DNA of 64,000 bases from Nitrospirota bacterium (GTDB lineage: Bacteria; Nitrospirota; UBA9217), in assembly GCA_963845065.1 (NCBI GenBank), contig CAWJQQ010000009.1, positions 192,001 to 256,000 of the forward strand, written 5' to 3'. Every line of letters starts with the position of its first letter. Positions within the stretch are counted from its first letter, which is position 1. Positions 60,686-64,000 of this stretch are shown here, piece by piece. The position numbers and the translations under genes were made by a program. The notes beneath the pieces are model-generated. The model saw only the letters and a list, made by a program, of their open reading frames with translations, made no database searches and had not been told where the DNA came from.

Positions 60686-61939
60686 ATGCGGATTAATCTG
60701 GTCATTTTCATAATGGTAGTACTCTTCGTTCCTTCAGTTTCACTTGCCGATGATTCCATCGTAACGCTGAAAGACCTGGAGCAGGAGGCACTTAACAATA
60801 ATCCTGAAATCCTCATGATAAAAAAGAGGGTAGAATCCGCTGAAGATAAGAAGTCCCTGGCTTCGGCGCTGCCGGACCCTAAAATCGGTTACATGGTGCA
60901 GAATGTAGGATCTCCGGGACCGTGGACCGTCGGTGTGCAAGATATGAGCATGCAGGGCATGGTCTTTACGCAAGAGATCCCGTTTCCCGGCAAGTTGGGG
61001 ACAAAGGGCCGCATTGCGGGTAAAGAAGAGGAGCAGGTAGAAGAAGGAGCCCGAGAAATAAAGCTTAAAGTGTTGAACAACCTCAGGTCAGCGTACTATG
61101 AATATTTCCTTGCCTTTAAATCCACGGAGATTCTGGACCGGACCAAGGAGCTCTTGAAAGACTTTCAGCGAATTGCCGAGACACGTTATGCGACTGGCCA
61201 GGGAATACAGCAGGATGTTATTCGCGCACAGCTTGAAGTTTCTGCGATCATGGACAGGCTTGCGGAAGAGGAACAAAAAAAAGAAACAGAGGCGTCGGTC
61301 ATTAACAGCCTCGTAGGACGTAATCCGCTGGCGCCCCTCGGCAGGCCAGATGAACTTCCTATGAAGACGCCTGCCGTTACCGTCGACGAAATGGCCGCTA
61401 TGGCGATGGAGCATTCCCCGATGCTGCAAGGGAAACAACAGATGGTGGAGCAAAGCAGGGAAGAGCTTTCCCTGAGCCGCAGGGAATATCTACCTGACAT
61501 GGTTGTTTCCGGCGGGTGGTTTTTCCGGGGCAGCGAAAAACCTGACGTATGGCAGGCGACTGTCATGTTCAAAATACCACTCTATTTTTGGAATACTGCA
61601 ACGGGAGTGAATGCTGCTTCTGCTGACCTCAGCGCCGCGAGCTATGAGTACGACGCCGAGAGGCTTGCGACGTTGGCCCAAGTGCGCGGCCTCTATTCCC
61701 AGGTGAAAACGGCGGAGCACCACATCCAACTCTACGAAGCGGGGATCATTCCGGAGGCGAAGCTGTCGCTAGAGTCTGCTACATCGAATTATCAAGTAGG
61801 GAAAACCGATTTTATGTCTCTGCTCGAAAGCGAGAACATACTCTTGAAATACCAACTCATGGAGCAGGAAGAGCTTGTGAACCTGAATAAGACCATGTCC
61901 ATGCTCGGCGAGATAACGGGAGAAGAGCATGAAAATTAA
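60686..61939 (+). CDS. TolC-family outer membrane factor (heavy-metal efflux)
   Basis: Start re-called at MRINLV (GGAGG RBS); QEIPFPGKL; YQVGKTDFMSLL. Confidence 0.9.
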   Translation: MRINLVIFIMVVLFVPSVSLADDSIVTLKDLEQEALNNNPEILMIKKRVESAEDKKSLASALPDPKIGYMVQNVGSPGPWTVGVQDMSMQGMVFTQEIPFPGKLGTKGRIAGKEEEQVEEGAREIKLKVLNNLRSAYYEYFLAFKSTEILDRTKELLKDFQRIAETRYATGQGIQQDVIRAQLEVSAIMDRLAEEEQKKETEASVINSLVGRNPLAPLGRPDELPMKTPAVTVDEMAAMAMEHSPMLQGKQQMVEQSREELSLSRREYLPDMVVSGGWFFRGSEKPDVWQATVMFKIPLYFWNTATGVNAASADLSAASYEYDAERLATLAQVRGLYSQVKTAEHHIQLYEAGIIPEAKLSLESATSNYQVGKTDFMSLLESENILLKYQLMEQEELVNLNKTMSMLGEITGEEHEN

Positions 61940-63140
61940 GTATTGCGGAATATTTCTTAACCGACACGGCGGCCATGCATACAGCCGACCGGGGAAAAGA
62001 TCATCTATTCTTGCCGTATTTGGCGCCGCATGCGCTTTGGTTTTTATGAGCCTTGCAGTATCGGCCCAGGAGCACGCTGGCCATACCGGACAGGCGTCAG
62101 GTGGCATGGAGCAGAGTGCCGAAAGTGTGAAGCAGGCCAACCCTCCCGCTATCACGATCAGTCCGGATAAGGTCCAGCTTATCGGCGTGCGCACGTCTGT
62201 TGCTGACTACCGATCTCTGGATAAACAGATCCGCACAGTGGGTAAGATTGAGCCTGACGAGACACGTCTCGCCTTCGTAAACACCAAGATCTCTGGCTGG
62301 GTGAAGAAGCTCTACGTAGACTACACTGGCAAGGAGGTCGTGAAAGGCCAACCATTGCTGTCGCTTTACAGTCCTGACCTCGTTACAGCACAGGAAGAAT
62401 ACCTCATCGCGCTCCGGTCCGCCAGTTACGGCCAACATGGGACGGGTGACATGCAGGAGGTGGAAGCCTCCCGCAACGAACTTCTTGAATCTGCCAAGCG
62501 ACGGCTACTGCTTTGGGACATTACAGAAGCGCAGATTGCTGAACTTGGAAAAACCGGAAAACCCCAGACCGAGATGACCATCGAAGCGCCGCTCAACGGG
62601 ATCGTACTCGAAAAGATGGTGCTCGAAGGAGGTTATATTACGCCAGGAATGAACCTATATAAAATAGCCGACCTTTCGACGATCTGGATCATGGCTGATA
62701 TTTATGAATATGAAGTTCCCCTGGTGAAAGTAGGCCAGACAGCACTCGTGACCTTACCGTATTATTCAGGACGGAGCTATCGTGCAACCGTAAATTATAT
62801 CTATCCATCCTTGGACCCTGTGAGCCGGACGGTACAGGTGCGGCTATCCATGAAAAATCCCGGTCTCATGTTGAAACCCGAGATGTTTGCGAATGTCGAG
62901 ATCATGGTCTCCTCGGGTTCAAAACTGGCGATCCCGCGAGAGGCAGTTATTGATTCGGGTATGCGACAGATCGTGTACGTCGAGAAAAAACCCGGCTTGT
63001 ATGAGATGCGCAACGTGACCCTTGGGCAGCGCGGCGAGGATTATGTAGAGATCCTCAAAGGTATTAAAAGAGGGGAGCGCGTCGTCACTTCTGGCAATTT
63101 CCTGATCGATTCGGAGAGCCAGTTGAGGTCCGGGCAATAA
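61929..63140 (+). CDS. cusB: CusB-type RND periplasmic adaptor
   Basis: YSPDLVTAQEEYL; LKPEMFA; SGNFLIDSES. Confidence 0.88.
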   Translation: MKIKYCGIFLNRHGGHAYSRPGKRSSILAVFGAACALVFMSLAVSAQEHAGHTGQASGGMEQSAESVKQANPPAITISPDKVQLIGVRTSVADYRSLDKQIRTVGKIEPDETRLAFVNTKISGWVKKLYVDYTGKEVVKGQPLLSLYSPDLVTAQEEYLIALRSASYGQHGTGDMQEVEASRNELLESAKRRLLLWDITEAQIAELGKTGKPQTEMTIEAPLNGIVLEKMVLEGGYITPGMNLYKIADLSTIWIMADIYEYEVPLVKVGQTALVTLPYYSGRSYRATVNYIYPSLDPVSRTVQVRLSMKNPGLMLKPEMFANVEIMVSSGSKLAIPREAVIDSGMRQIVYVEKKPGLYEMRNVTLGQRGEDYVEILKGIKRGERVVTSGNFLIDSESQLRSGQ

Positions 63141-63246
63141 TATTTTTTTTGATTGGTGATTGCCGAATAGGTTGGGGAAACAATAAAAGACAACGAACTA
63201 CATACAAGATGTAATCGGCTAGCGGAAATCGATATTAAGGCAATTT

Positions 63247-64000
63247 ATGTTATCCAAAATCATAGAAATTTCAGCGCGCAATAAATTCCTCGTTTTTCTC
63301 GTTGTAGGGTTTCTCACCGTGTGGGGGATCTGGGCGGTCTACCATACCCCGCTCGACGCCATCCCGGACCTTTCAGACGTGCAGGTGATCGTGTATACCA
63401 ATTGGACAGGCAGGAGCCCGGACTTGGTAGAGGACCAGATAACCTATCCCATTGTCTCGACGTTGCTCGCGGCGCCAAAAGTTCGCGTGGTCCGCGGTAA
63501 ATCATTTCTCGGCACGTCCTTCGTCTATGTCATCTTCGAAGACGGCACTGACATCTACTGGGCAAGGAGCCGAGTACTCGAATATCTTCAGGGTGTTCAA
63601 AGCAAACTGCCGGCGGGTGTGACTCCGCAGCTCGGTCCTGATGCCACCGGCGTGGGATGGGGGTTCCAGTATGCCCTGGAGGATGAAAGTGGGAAAAACG
63701 ATCTTTCACAGCTCCGATCGCTTCAAGACTGGACCCTCAAGTATGCAATTGAGTCAGTGCCCGGAGTTTCCGAGGTGGCGAGCGTAGGTGGCTTCGTGAA
63801 ACAGTACCAGATTGCCGTGGATCCGAATCGGCTCGCGGCGTATAAGCTTCCACTCGCTAAGGTAATAGACGCCGTCAGACGGAGTAACCGCGACGTTGAA
63901 GGCAGGGTCGTGGAATGGTCCGGAAGGGAGTACATGGTCCGCGGCCGCGGCTACATCCATGACAAGTCGGACATCGAGAAGATAGCCGTGGGCACAAATG
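63247..64000 (+). CDS. cusA: CusA/CzcA-type RND permease, partial (runs off the window)
   Basis: MLSKIIEISARNKFLV...PLDAIPDLSDVQVIVYT...GPDATGVGW. Confidence 0.92.
   Translation, partial: MLSKIIEISARNKFLVFLVVGFLTVWGIWAVYHTPLDAIPDLSDVQVIVYTNWTGRSPDLVEDQITYPIVSTLLAAPKVRVVRGKSFLGTSFVYVIFEDGTDIYWARSRVLEYLQGVQSKLPAGVTPQLGPDATGVGWGFQYALEDESGKNDLSQLRSLQDWTLKYAIESVPGVSEVASVGGFVKQYQIAVDPNRLAAYKLPLAKVIDAVRRSNRDVEGRVVEWSGREYMVRGRGYIHDKSDIEKIAVGTN

Overview
Bacterial accessory/chromosomal window. The gene style suggests an anaerobic Nitrospirota/Desulfobacterota-like organism, which is an inference. It carries many signalling genes (4 histidine kinases, an MCP, FlhG/PilZ, USP, LysR), surface lipoproteins, an acyl-CoA ligase/dehydrogenase pair, a MazEF-type toxin-antitoxin pair, an L,D-transpeptidase/YcbK pair and the start of a Cus-type RND operon. 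It is littered with decayed DNA and IS200/IS605-family debris. Highlights: (1) an IS608-like TnpB-only element plus a 306-bp internally deleted sister that keeps the probable omegaRNA with a different guide, and a 48-bp single-hairpin derivative; (2) three copies of a sigma54-driven pair of paralogous Gly-rich membrane proteins; (3) a PIN / small protein / Cas4-like operon with a structured leader; (4) a tandemly duplicated small-peptide cassette behind a 3x47-bp repeat; (5) a lipoprotein gene broken at a G8 tract; (6) a group II intron 5' fragment directly behind a terminator. No CRISPR array, rRNA or tRNA was seen. All calls are by eye, without database searches.
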